DNA of 54,938 nt, from NCBI GenBank assembly GCA_040081625.1, contig JBEBGD010000028.1:1-54938 (forward strand), written 5' to 3'. A program made the translations under genes and the position numbers. Below the pieces are notes generated by a model. It saw nothing but the letters and a program-made list of their open reading frames with translations. It ran no database searches and was not told the origin of the DNA. Below are positions 19,161 to 28,381 of the stretch, in pieces (position 1 is the stretch's first letter; each line of letters starts with the position of its first letter). The DNA comes from Chthoniobacteraceae bacterium (lineage in GTDB: Bacteria; Verrucomicrobiota; Verrucomicrobiia; Chthoniobacterales; Chthoniobacteraceae).

Positions 19161-20064
19161 GCTGCCGCGGCGCGCTCCCGGCGATTTCACGATCCCCGCC
19201 GTCGCGTTCGGGGCCGGGCCGGTTTCGGCGCTGATGACCGATGCGAGTGCGCGGACACGGCAGCTAGCCACGATCGAGCGCGCGATCGCCGCTGGCATCG
19301 ACTGGTTCGACACTGCGGCGACCTACGGCGGTGGTGAATCGGAGCGGGGCCTCGGCGCGGTGCTGCGCGATCTGCGAGCGGATGTCCGCGTCGCGACGAA
19401 AGTGCGGCTGGAGAACGTCGGCGACATTCGCGAGTCGGTGAAGTCATCGGTCGCGGCGAGTCTGCGCCGACTGGGTCTGCCGCGCGTGGCGATGGTGCAG
19501 CTTCACAACTCGATCACAGCGCGGCGCGGCGATCTGCCGACTTCCGTCACGCCGCTCGACGCGCTCGCGGTGTTCGAGGCGTTTGAAGAGCTGCGGCGCG
19601 ATGGACTCGTGCAATTATTTGGCATGACGGGCATCGGCGACGCGCAGGCGCTGATCGAAACGATGCGCGGCGGGCCGTGGACCACGGTGCAGGTCAATTT
19701 CAGCCTCGCCGAGCCGGATACGACTTTGCTCGAGGCCGCGCGCGAGCAGGGGATCGCGGCGCTTGCGATCCGCGTCTTCGCCGGTGGTGCGCTCTCGGGC
19801 CAGCCGCCGAGTGAGCACACACGAACGACGAAGTTCTTCCCGCTAACGATTTATGCGCGAGATGTGGAGCGCGCGGAGACGATGCAGGCGCGCCTCCCGG
19901 CCGGCCTGTCGCTCGCGGAAGCCGCGTTGCGTTTCGCGGTGCATCATTCGGGCGTCGCGTCGGCGCTGATCGGGTTTGGCAGCGCGGAGCAGGTCGATGA
20001 TGCGGTGCGCTGGGCGCTGGCCGGGCCGCTCGATACGGACCTGATCGCGCAGCTTACGACATGA
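19150..20064 (+). CDS. Aldo/keto reductase
   Basis: 'GIDWFDTAATYG.GESE..LG', 'VATKV', 'SLRRLG', 'QLHN'. Confidence 0.9.
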   Translation: MNAELPRRAPGDFTIPAVAFGAGPVSALMTDASARTRQLATIERAIAAGIDWFDTAATYGGGESERGLGAVLRDLRADVRVATKVRLENVGDIRESVKSSVAASLRRLGLPRVAMVQLHNSITARRGDLPTSVTPLDALAVFEAFEELRRDGLVQLFGMTGIGDAQALIETMRGGPWTTVQVNFSLAEPDTTLLEAAREQGIAALAIRVFAGGALSGQPPSEHTRTTKFFPLTIYARDVERAETMQARLPAGLSLAEAALRFAVHHSGVASALIGFGSAEQVDDAVRWALAGPLDTDLIAQLTT

Positions 20065-21308
20065 CGACGCCCATCTCCTTCTACGGTCGCATCGCGGTCC
20101 TCGCCGCTGCATTCCTCGGCTGGCTGTGCGCGGGCGTGCAGCTCGGGTTGATGCCGCTCGCGTCGTTGTCGGTATCGCGCGGGCTGCTCGGTGTGGATTT
20201 CGGCGATGCGCTCGCGGGCGTCTGGTTCGCGCGCTACACGGCGGCGCTGATGTTCGGCGCGGCGCTCGGCGGGATGTGGCTCGGCGGACTCGGCGATCGA
20301 ATCGGTCGCGTGCGGGCGATGGCGTGCAGCATTCTCTGCTACTCGGTTTTCGGTGGTGCGGGCTACTTCGTGACGAGCCAGGAGCAGTTGCTCGCGCTGC
20401 GTTTTCTCGCCGGACTCGGCATCGGCGGCATGTGGCCGAACGGCGTCGCGCTCGTCGCCGAGGTGTGGAGCGATGTGTCGCGGCCGATGCTCGCGGGGAT
20501 CATCGGCATGGCGGCCAATCTGGGCGTGTTCGTCACTTCGCAGCTCGGCACGTTTTGGAAAATCACCCCCGAGTCGTGGCGCGGGCTGATGCTCGTGGGC
20601 GCGTCGCCGGTGTTGCTCGGCGTGGCCGTGTGGTGGCTGCTGCCGGAGTCGCCGCGCTGGCTGGCGACACGCGAAGGCGGGACGAAATCGGCCGAGGTGC
20701 CGCTGCGCGAATTGTTTCGTTCGCCGCTGCTGCGCCGGACGCTCATCGGCATCTGTCTCGGCGCGATCCCGCTGATCGGCGCGTGGGGCGCGAGCAAGTG
20801 GCTCATCCCGTGGGCGGACAAGGTCGGCGGCGCGGAGCTGCCGGGCTACAAGGCGACGACGCAGGCGTATTGGGCCGTGGGCGCCGCGCTCGGGAGCCTG
20901 GCCGGCGGGCAGATCGCGAACCTGCTCGGGCGGCGGCTCGCGTATTTCATCATCAGTCTCGCGTCGGCGGTGGTCACGTGCGGCATCTTCATGTTCATGC
21001 GTCCGCTCGCGCCCGGATTTCTGCCGCTCGTGTTCGTGCAGGGTTTCATCGCGACGATTTTCTTTGGCTGGCTGCCGCTGTATCTGCCGGAGCTTTTCCC
21101 GACGCGCGTGCGCGCGACGGGCGCGGGCGTGAGCTACAACTTCGGCCGCTTCGCGTCCGCCGCAGGTGTGCTCGGCGCGGGCGCGCTGATGCAGTTTTTC
21201 GACGGCGACTACGCGAAGGTCGGCACGATCACGAGCCTCGTATATGCGCTCGGGATGATCGTGATTTTCTTCGCGCCGGACACGACCGGCAAACCGCTGG
21301 ACGACTGA
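20061..21308 (+). CDS. MFS transporter
   Basis: About 12 hydrophobic segments, 'GGLGDRIGR' motif A, 'LPESPRW', 'YLPELFPTRVRATG'. Confidence 0.93.
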   Translation: MTTPISFYGRIAVLAAAFLGWLCAGVQLGLMPLASLSVSRGLLGVDFGDALAGVWFARYTAALMFGAALGGMWLGGLGDRIGRVRAMACSILCYSVFGGAGYFVTSQEQLLALRFLAGLGIGGMWPNGVALVAEVWSDVSRPMLAGIIGMAANLGVFVTSQLGTFWKITPESWRGLMLVGASPVLLGVAVWWLLPESPRWLATREGGTKSAEVPLRELFRSPLLRRTLIGICLGAIPLIGAWGASKWLIPWADKVGGAELPGYKATTQAYWAVGAALGSLAGGQIANLLGRRLAYFIISLASAVVTCGIFMFMRPLAPGFLPLVFVQGFIATIFFGWLPLYLPELFPTRVRATGAGVSYNFGRFASAAGVLGAGALMQFFDGDYAKVGTITSLVYALGMIVIFFAPDTTGKPLDD

Positions 21309-22270
21309 TGATCGATTGCCAGAGCCATCTCTTCGCGCCCGAGCTTGTCGCGCTGATGGAGAAGCGCACGAGCGATCCCGTCGTCTTTACGAAAGACGGC
21401 GTGCGTTATTTGAGAATGGGCGACTGGCTGCGGAAAATCCCGCCGCTCTATCTCGACGTGGACGCAAAGCTCGCCGCGATGGACGCCGCTGGCATCGCGC
21501 TCACCGCGCTGAGCATCAACGATCCCGGGCCGGAGTGGTTCGGCGCGGACGGCGCGACCGTGGCGCAGATCGCAAACGACTTCGTCGCTGGCGTGGTGAG
21601 CAGGCATCCCACGCGCTTCTTTGGCCTGTGCGTGCTGCCACTGCAGGACATGAAGGCCTCGCTCGCCGAACTCGACCGCTGCGTGCAGCGACTCGGCATG
21701 AAGGGTGTGCTGCTCTACACGAACCTCGCGGGGAAATTTCCCGACGAACCGGAGTTCCGTCCGCTCTTTGCGCGCGTCGTCGAACTCGACGTGCCCGTGC
21801 TGCTGCACCCCGCGAAGCCGATCACGATCGACTTCGTGAAGGGCTACGAACTCACGAGCACGCTCGGCAATATGTTCGACAACACGATCGCGTTCACGCG
21901 GCTGCTCATGTCGGGAATCCTCGACGAGTTTCCGAAGCTCAAGCTCGTGTGCCCGCATCTCGGCGGCACGCTGCCCTACATCGTCGGGCGGCTCGATCAT
22001 CAGGTGAGCGTGCTCAAGCGCGGCCCGCGCAATCTCACGCGACTGCCGGGCGAATACGTAAAGCAGACGTGGCTCGACATCGTCTCGCCGCTGCCGCTGG
22101 CGATGAAGTTCGCGCACGAGTTCATGGGCGCGGACCGACTGCTCTACGCGAGCGATCATCCGTGGGTGAAGCCGCGACTCATCAGCGATGCGCTCCGCAG
22201 CCTGCAACTCACCGCGGACGACGAAGAGAAAATCTTCCACGCCAACGCGCAGAAACTTTTCCGTCTATGA
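21308..22270 (+). CDS. Amidohydrolase_2 family (ACMSD-like decarboxylase/hydrolase)
   Basis: 'IDCQSH', 'VLLHP', 'PHLGGTLP', 'LLYASDHPW', 'IFHANAQKLF'. The ATG overlaps the MFS stop codon. Confidence 0.9.
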   Translation: MIDCQSHLFAPELVALMEKRTSDPVVFTKDGVRYLRMGDWLRKIPPLYLDVDAKLAAMDAAGIALTALSINDPGPEWFGADGATVAQIANDFVAGVVSRHPTRFFGLCVLPLQDMKASLAELDRCVQRLGMKGVLLYTNLAGKFPDEPEFRPLFARVVELDVPVLLHPAKPITIDFVKGYELTSTLGNMFDNTIAFTRLLMSGILDEFPKLKLVCPHLGGTLPYIVGRLDHQVSVLKRGPRNLTRLPGEYVKQTWLDIVSPLPLAMKFAHEFMGADRLLYASDHPWVKPRLISDALRSLQLTADDEEKIFHANAQKLFRL

Positions 22271-23184
22271 AGCCACTCATCGTCCTCGCCATCGCAGCCA
22301 CGTCGGTGTTCGCGGAGCCGCTGAGCGTGATCGAGAAAGCGGATCGTCTCGTCATCACGCACGGCGGGAAGCCGGTCGCGGACTTCGTCTTCGAGGACGA
22401 CAGGGTGCTGCGGCCATTTTTTGCGAATGTCCATGCGCCGGGCGGGATGCAAGTCACGCGGCGGCATCCGCCCGTGGCCGGCGAAGATTCGATCGATCAC
22501 GACACGATGCATCCCGGCATCTGGCTCGCGTTCGGCGATCTCGGCGGCGAGGATTTCTGGCGGAACAAGGCGACGATCCGGCATGAGCGATTCGTCGCGC
22601 CGCCGGCTGTGAAGGGCGACGTGTTGAGCTTTGCGACGGAGAGCACGATGGGGGATGCGATGGCGAAACTCGAAACGCACATCACTCTCTCGGCGCGCGC
22701 CGAGGGTTTCGTGCTCGTGTGGGACGCGACGCTCACGCCGACGCGCGACGGCGTGTATTTCGGCGATCAGGAGGAGATGGGCTTCGGCGTGCGTTTGGCG
22801 ACTGCGCTCACGGAAAAGAGCGGTGGCACGATCACCAACAGCGCCGGCGCGAAGACTGCGAAAGCCACGTGGGGACAGTCCGCTGCGTGGTGCGACTACT
22901 CGGGCACGATCGACGGGCGGCACGCGGGAGTGACGATCATTCCGGATCCGAAAAATTTCCGCGCGAGCTGGTGGCACGCACGCGACTACGGGCTGCTCGT
23001 CGCGAATCCGTTCGGGCAAAAGGCGATGAAGCAAGGGGCGGCGAGCCGCATCGAAGTGAAGCGCGGCGAGTCGTTTCACCTTCGGTTTGCCGCGCTCATC
23101 CACAGCTCCGCGCAGCCGCCGAATCTCGCCGAGGCGTGTGCGCGATTGGCAGAGACGGATATGAACAGGAGGGAGCAGAGGTAG
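22267..23184 (+). CDS. DUF6807 ('PmoA family') secreted beta-sandwich protein
   Basis: Signal peptide, 'RPFFANV..PGG..VTR.HP', 'DHDTMHPGIW', 'DQEEMGFGVR', 'WHARDYGL..ANPFG'. Confidence 0.85.
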   Translation: MKPLIVLAIAATSVFAEPLSVIEKADRLVITHGGKPVADFVFEDDRVLRPFFANVHAPGGMQVTRRHPPVAGEDSIDHDTMHPGIWLAFGDLGGEDFWRNKATIRHERFVAPPAVKGDVLSFATESTMGDAMAKLETHITLSARAEGFVLVWDATLTPTRDGVYFGDQEEMGFGVRLATALTEKSGGTITNSAGAKTAKATWGQSAAWCDYSGTIDGRHAGVTIIPDPKNFRASWWHARDYGLLVANPFGQKAMKQGAASRIEVKRGESFHLRFAALIHSSAQPPNLAEACARLAETDMNRREQR

Positions 23185-23258
23185 CAGAGGGGGAACAGGC
23201 AAAGAGACTTCATTCGAGCGCTTCGTAGCTCTCTGCTACCTCTGCTTCCTCCTGTTCA
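23162..23258. repeat. Long imperfect inverted repeat built from 9-mer units
   Basis: tgaacaggagggagcagaggtagcagag (23162-23189) pairs with ctctgctacctctgcttcctcctgttca (23231-23258). Confidence 0.85.
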
Positions 23259-23282
23259 AATGCTCGCGTCCAACTCCACACC

Positions 23283-23852
23283 ATGAAAACCGCCACCGGC
23301 ACCACGCTCATCTGCAACGGTCAGATCATCGACGGGAACGGCACGGCACCGGTGCCCGACGCGGCGCTCGAACTTCTGCTCCAGCGCGACGTGTCGATGG
23401 TGCCGGGGCTCGGCTTCGAGCTGAAGAGCATCGAGCACGGGCCCGAGTGGAAACTCTCGCAGCGCGTGATCGACGGGCATCAGGAGACGCTCGAAGCCGG
23501 CGCGGAGTCGTGCCGCAAGGTGCTCAAGGCCGGCGGGCGGCTCGGGCTCGGCGGCGGCTACGGCTTCGCGTGGACGCCGCACGGCACCTACGCGCAGGAG
23601 CTGACCTTCTTCGTGAACAACGTCGGCTTTTCCGTGCTCGACACGATCCGATTCGCGACGCGCGGCGGCGCGGAAGTGATGGGTCGCGCGGACGAACTCG
23701 GCACGCTCGAAGCCGGCAAGCTCGCCGACGTGCTCATAGTCGATGGCGACGTGGCGCGCGACATCTCGATCCTCGAGGATCGCTCGCGCTTCATCGCCGT
23801 GATGCAGGGTGGCGTGGTAGGAGCGGGCCGCCTCACGCAGCCCGCGGCATGA
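23283..23852 (+). pseudogene. Internally deleted metal-dependent amidohydrolase (prolidase-like)
   Basis: N-terminal 'LICNGQIIDGNG' is joined directly to the C-terminal part ('AT..GA..MG..DELGTLEAGKLADVLIVDGD'). The HxH and most of the barrel are missing, and GGGY stands where G-G/T-D is expected. Confidence 0.75.
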
Positions 23853-23865
23853 CTTTCCGACAACT

Positions 23866-24858
23866 ATGAAAACATCCCTCTCATTCCTCTTCATCTCACT
23901 TTCAGCCCTGGCCGCATCGCGCGGCGCCGATGCGATCGGCGTCGGGAAGGGCGACCGCGTGTTGAACTTCACCGTCGGCGGGCAGCCGATGTTCACGTAT
24001 CAAATGGAGGCCGGCCCGCTGCCCGAGGGTGTGCCGGCGAGCTATGCGCACGGGGCGTATTTGCACCCGGTGTTCAGCCCTGGCGGGAAATTGGTGACGG
24101 CCGATTTTCCGCCGGATCACCGGCACCAGCGCGGGATTTTCTTCGCGTGGACGAAGACGGAGTTCGAGGGGCGGCATCCGGATTTCTGGAACATGGGCAA
24201 GGGCGATCAGCCGGACGGGAAGCTGCAGTCGGAGGTGCGGTTTGCGTCGCTGGAGAAGTCGTGGGGTGGCGCGGAGAGCGGTGGGTTTGTGAGCAGGCAT
24301 CGTTTCATCGACCACAGCGGCGAGGCGTCGAAGGACACGCTGAATGAGACGTGGGAAGTGACGGCGCGTCGTGTCGTCGCGGACGGACGAATGGCGAATG
24401 TAATCGACCTCGTCTCGACGCAGACCTGCGCGAGTTCGTCGCCGGTTGTGTTGCCGAAGTATCACTACGGCGGGCTCGGCGTGCGCGGGAGCGCGCAGTG
24501 GGATCCGGTGAACGCGGTGACGATGCTCACGTCGAATGGCGACGATCGCGCGAAGGGCGACGCGACCAAAGCGAAGTGGGTTCACATCGGCGGCGACGTG
24601 GACGGCGCGCCAGCGGGGATCGCGGTGCTGATTCATCCGTCGAACTTCCGCTTTCCGCAGCCGCTGCGGCTGAACCCGAAGAACCCGCAGCTTTGCGTGG
24701 CGCCGTCGGCGGATGGCGACTGGAGCATCGAGCCGGGGAAGCCTTACGTGTCGCGGTATCGCATCGTTGTGTTCGACGGCGCGGCGGATGCGGCGTGGAT
24801 CGGGAAGCGTTTGCAGGACTACGCGAAGCCGGTGACGGCGGCTGTGGGCGGGAAGTGA
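23866..24858 (+). CDS. DUF6807 ('PmoA family') secreted protein
   Basis: Signal peptide, 'YLHPVFSPGG..VT.DFPPDH.HQRGIF', 'YHYGGLGVRG', 'HPSNFRFPQP'. Confidence 0.85.
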   Translation: MKTSLSFLFISLSALAASRGADAIGVGKGDRVLNFTVGGQPMFTYQMEAGPLPEGVPASYAHGAYLHPVFSPGGKLVTADFPPDHRHQRGIFFAWTKTEFEGRHPDFWNMGKGDQPDGKLQSEVRFASLEKSWGGAESGGFVSRHRFIDHSGEASKDTLNETWEVTARRVVADGRMANVIDLVSTQTCASSSPVVLPKYHYGGLGVRGSAQWDPVNAVTMLTSNGDDRAKGDATKAKWVHIGGDVDGAPAGIAVLIHPSNFRFPQPLRLNPKNPQLCVAPSADGDWSIEPGKPYVSRYRIVVFDGAADAAWIGKRLQDYAKPVTAAVGGK

Positions 24859-25017
24859 AAATTAGCGCCGCGGGCGCGCGGTGCTGGATACCACAAGGCT
24901 GCGTCACGTCGCGCGACCGGGATTTTTCCGTGCGGTTTTGAATTTTTTTCTTCCCAAGCGCTTGGACACCGCCGACAAAGCGGACCACTTTTCCCCAAGT
25001 AAATCCCAACCCCGATC

Positions 25018-25578
25018 ATGAAAGCGTTCTCACTCGCACTCTTTTCCCTCGTGGCCCTCGCCGGCGGCGCCCTCGCGCAGGTGCCGGTCGGGCCGACTTC
25101 GATCAAGCTCGGCAAGGCCGAGATCAGCGCGCCGAGCACGCCGGAGTATCAAGTCACCGGCGGCCAGAACAAACGCTACAAGCTCGGAAAGTGGCTCGAG
25201 TTTGAGATCAGCTACGACACGGTGCCGGAGGAGATCGACGAGTTGACGTTCAAGTTCACGGCGCTGATCGAGAACAAACTGCTCGATGGTGAAGTGACCT
25301 ACATCAACATCGGCAAGGGCAAGGATCACTACGCGGTGATGTATATTTCGCCGAAGTCGCTCGATAAGCTTACCGGCGGCAAGACGCTGACGGCGGCGAG
25401 CATTCAGAATGTGTGGGTGGAGGTGAACCGGCAGGGGCAGCTTTTGGGGAGGGAGAGCTTCAAGCCCGGCCCGCAGCCGAACCTTCCTCGAGTGTCGGGA
25501 CTGGTCTTGAACAAGACGCAGACGCCGTTTGCGCCGCTGTTTTACGATCGTTACGAGGAGATCAAGAGCACCCGCTAA
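25018..25578 (+). CDS. Amuc_1102-family pilus-associated protein
   Basis: Signal peptide, 'TPEY', 'KWLEFE', and C-terminal 'LNKTQTPFAPLFYDRYEE'. First gene of the pilM-secretin operon. Confidence 0.8.
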   Translation: MKAFSLALFSLVALAGGALAQVPVGPTSIKLGKAEISAPSTPEYQVTGGQNKRYKLGKWLEFEISYDTVPEEIDELTFKFTALIENKLLDGEVTYINIGKGKDHYAVMYISPKSLDKLTGGKTLTAASIQNVWVEVNRQGQLLGRESFKPGPQPNLPRVSGLVLNKTQTPFAPLFYDRYEEIKSTR

Positions 25579-25599
25579 GGGATTCGCTGTTCTCATTCG

Positions 25600-27354
25600 A
25601 TGGCAGTTTCCAATCGCATCCTCGCGCTCGACCTAGGCACCCAGACCGTCGCGCTCGCGGAATTTCAAGCAGAGAAGGGCGGCGGGCTGGTCCTGACTAA
25701 TTACAAGACCGGTGAGTTGCTCGGCGATCCTGCCGTCGATGCGACGCGCATGGCGCAGACGAAAATGACTGCCGGCGAACTCGTCGCCGGGCTGGGGTTC
25801 AAGGGCGCGAAGGTCAATTATGCGGTGTCCGCGCAGTCGGTCTTCACACGCTTCGTGAAGCTGCCGAGCGTCGGCGAGGAGCAGGTGGATCAAATCGTCG
25901 GGTTCGAGGCGCAGCAGAATGTGCCGTTCCCGATCGATGAAGTGGTCTGGGATTACCAGCTCGTCGATCAAGGCAACGCGTCCGAGGTCGAAGTCGTGCT
26001 CGTGGCGATCAAGAGCGACCTGCTCGATGAGATCAACGACGCGGTCGAGGGCGGCGGGCTCAAGACTGAGGTGGTCGATGTGTCGCCGATGGCGCTCTAC
26101 AATGCGTTTCGTTACAACTACAGCGAGCTCGATGGCTGTTCGCTCATCGTCGATATCGGCGCGCGGACGACGAACCTGATCTTCGTCGAGCCGCGCAAGG
26201 TTTTCTCCCGCTCGATCCCGATCGGCGGCTCGAAGATCACCGAGGCGATCGCGAAGGACTTCAACGAATCCTTTGCCGAAGCCGAGGAGCGCAAGCGCAG
26301 CGGCGCGTTCGTGTCGCTCGGCGGCACCTACGAAGATCCCGACGACCCGGACCTCGCGCGGGTATCGAAGATCATCCGCAACACGATGACGCGGCTGCAT
26401 GCGGAGATCTCTCGCTCGATCAGCTTTTACCGCGCGCAGCAAAAGGGGGCGGCGCCGTTGCGTGTGTTCCTGTGCGGCGGCACCGTCACGCTGCCCTACA
26501 TGCGCGAGTTCTTTCACGAGAAGCTCCAGCTCCCGGTCGAGTTCTTCAATCCGCTGCGCAACGTGGCGGTCGGACCGAACCTGAATCCCGAAGAGATCGG
26601 CCACCGCGCGCATACGCTCGGCGAGATGGTCGGCCTTGCGCTGCGCGGGGCGATGGATTGCCCGATGGCGCTGAACCTTCGCCCGGCCAGCGTCGTGCGT
26701 CGGCAGCGCGCTGTGGCGCAGGTGCCGTATTTCGCGCTCGCAGGTTTGTGCCTGTGGCTGATCATCGCGGGCTTCTGGCTCTATTATGAAAAGGCGGCCG
26801 ACGCGACCGCGAAGGTCGTCGCGGAAAATGTCGAGCCGCGTGTCGGCTCGCTCCAGTCGGCGCAGAGGAAGATCAAGGACGTCGAGGCGGCGATCAAGAA
26901 TCAGGAACGGATGGCCGAGCCGTATCTGCTGGCCGTGCAGGATCGCGAGCTTTGGGTGAAGCTGGTGGACGACATCCACAGCCGGCTGCCGAATGAGTTT
27001 GTGTGGATCACCACCTACGAGCGGCAGAAGGAGACCGCGCCCGGACGGGGCGCGGCGACTCCGCCGCCGAAAGGCCCCGCGGCTGCGGGGACACCGCCTC
27101 CGAATCGGCCTTCGTTCCTCGTGCGGGGTCTTTACCTCGAGAACCCGATTGGCCCGGGCGTCGTCGATCAATTCGTGGACAAGCTCAACGAGTCCACGCT
27201 CTACTCGGTGGACAAGGAAAAGATGACGCGCGTGACGCCGACGGACACCGAGTGGGCCTACGAGTTCTCCTTCCCGCTCGTGCTCAAGGGGCCGGCCCAA
27301 CCGGAGCCGGAGCCGGGCAAGCCGGGACGGAAGCCAACCGCGGGAACGCCTTGA
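25600..27354 (+). CDS. pilM: Type IV pilus assembly PilM-like protein fused to TM plus a PilN-like domain (Amuc_1101 family)
   Basis: ALDLGTQ, 'FEAQQNVPFPIDEVVWDY', 'IVDIGARTT', 'EISRSISFY', 'FNPL', followed by a TM helix and coiled coil. Confidence 0.9.
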   Translation: MAVSNRILALDLGTQTVALAEFQAEKGGGLVLTNYKTGELLGDPAVDATRMAQTKMTAGELVAGLGFKGAKVNYAVSAQSVFTRFVKLPSVGEEQVDQIVGFEAQQNVPFPIDEVVWDYQLVDQGNASEVEVVLVAIKSDLLDEINDAVEGGGLKTEVVDVSPMALYNAFRYNYSELDGCSLIVDIGARTTNLIFVEPRKVFSRSIPIGGSKITEAIAKDFNESFAEAEERKRSGAFVSLGGTYEDPDDPDLARVSKIIRNTMTRLHAEISRSISFYRAQQKGAAPLRVFLCGGTVTLPYMREFFHEKLQLPVEFFNPLRNVAVGPNLNPEEIGHRAHTLGEMVGLALRGAMDCPMALNLRPASVVRRQRAVAQVPYFALAGLCLWLIIAGFWLYYEKAADATAKVVAENVEPRVGSLQSAQRKIKDVEAAIKNQERMAEPYLLAVQDRELWVKLVDDIHSRLPNEFVWITTYERQKETAPGRGAATPPPKGPAAAGTPPPNRPSFLVRGLYLENPIGPGVVDQFVDKLNESTLYSVDKEKMTRVTPTDTEWAYEFSFPLVLKGPAQPEPEPGKPGRKPTAGTP

Positions 27355-27358
27355 TCCG

Positions 27359-28378
27359 ATGAAAGAAAACAAAGTTCTCACCGGCTTCCTGATCGTGACC
27401 GCGCTGGGCGCGCTCGTGCTCGGGTTCATGCTGTTCCGAGCGAAGAGCCGATTCACCGAGGCCTACGACGACTACACCGCGAAGGTCGGCGAGTTGCAGA
27501 GCCTGCAAGGCGCGAAGCCTTATCCGGACGCGGCGAATTTGAAGCAGATTGGCGAGCTTCAAATGACGCATCAAATGGCGATCGGCGAACTCCAGAAACA
27601 GCTCGCGGCGGCGGAACTGCCGGTCGAGCCGATTTCGCCGGAGAAGTTTCAGGACAACCTGCGCGCGGCCATCAAGCGGGTGCGGACACTCGCAGTGCAA
27701 AAGAACCCGGAGATCAAGATGCCGGAGAAGTTTTCGCTGGGCTTCGAGCTCTACGAATCGCAGCCGCCGAAAGCCGAAGCCGCCGCGCCGCTGGGCCGGA
27801 TGCTCGCGGCGATCGAGGCTGCTGTCAGCGAACTGCTCAACACGGCGCCGACCGAACTGGTGGGGGACATCAAGCGCACGCCACTGCCCGAGGAAGGGAT
27901 CGTGCAGAAGGGTGCCGCGCAGGCACCGCCGCCACAGAGCCGGCCTGCTGCGCCCGGAGGACGCAAACCCGCCGATGAGCAGCCACTGGTGCGGCGCTAC
28001 CCGTTCGATATCGCCTTCGTCGCACGCGAGACGAAGGTGCGCAATTTCATCAACAAGCTTGTCGCGAACAAACAGCAGTTTTTCATACCCGCGACGGTCA
28101 CGATCGCGAATGAGCTGCTGACCGGGCCGTCCAAAGGCGGACAGGCTGCGCCCGCCGAGCCTCCGCCCACACCGCCGCCTGGCGATACGCCGCCACCTCC
28201 TCCGGCCGACCCGAATGCGCCCGCGCCGGAGGTCCCCGTTCCCTCGGCTCCGCCGACCGAGGCGACGAAGTTCGTCGTCGGCGAAGAGAAGCTCCAGGTC
28301 ACAATGCGGATCGAGGTCGTCGATTTTGCCGACCCGTCTGCGGCCAAACCCGATACCACGAGGAAACCCGCGAAGTAA
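27359..28378 (+). CDS. Amuc_1100-family pilus-like (PilO-like) protein
   Basis: 'KENK' plus TM, 'PYPD..N', 'FSLGFE.Y...PP...AA..L', and its position in the operon. Confidence 0.8.
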   Translation: MKENKVLTGFLIVTALGALVLGFMLFRAKSRFTEAYDDYTAKVGELQSLQGAKPYPDAANLKQIGELQMTHQMAIGELQKQLAAAELPVEPISPEKFQDNLRAAIKRVRTLAVQKNPEIKMPEKFSLGFELYESQPPKAEAAAPLGRMLAAIEAAVSELLNTAPTELVGDIKRTPLPEEGIVQKGAAQAPPPQSRPAAPGGRKPADEQPLVRRYPFDIAFVARETKVRNFINKLVANKQQFFIPATVTIANELLTGPSKGGQAAPAEPPPTPPPGDTPPPPPADPNAPAPEVPVPSAPPTEATKFVVGEEKLQVTMRIEVVDFADPSAAKPDTTRKPAK

Positions 28379-28381
28379 GCC

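Noticed and set aside
20126..21307. Long N-terminal extensions of the amidohydrolase, and similarly of hemA, hemC, gatC and DUF1501, in the ORF track
   Set aside because: The extensions overlap upstream genes in another frame. Family motifs begin at the internal ATGs.
22267..24858. Methane monooxygenase (pmoA)
   Set aside because: These are soluble secreted DUF6807 proteins that only carry the 'PmoA' family label. They have no multi-TM pattern and there is no pmoCB.
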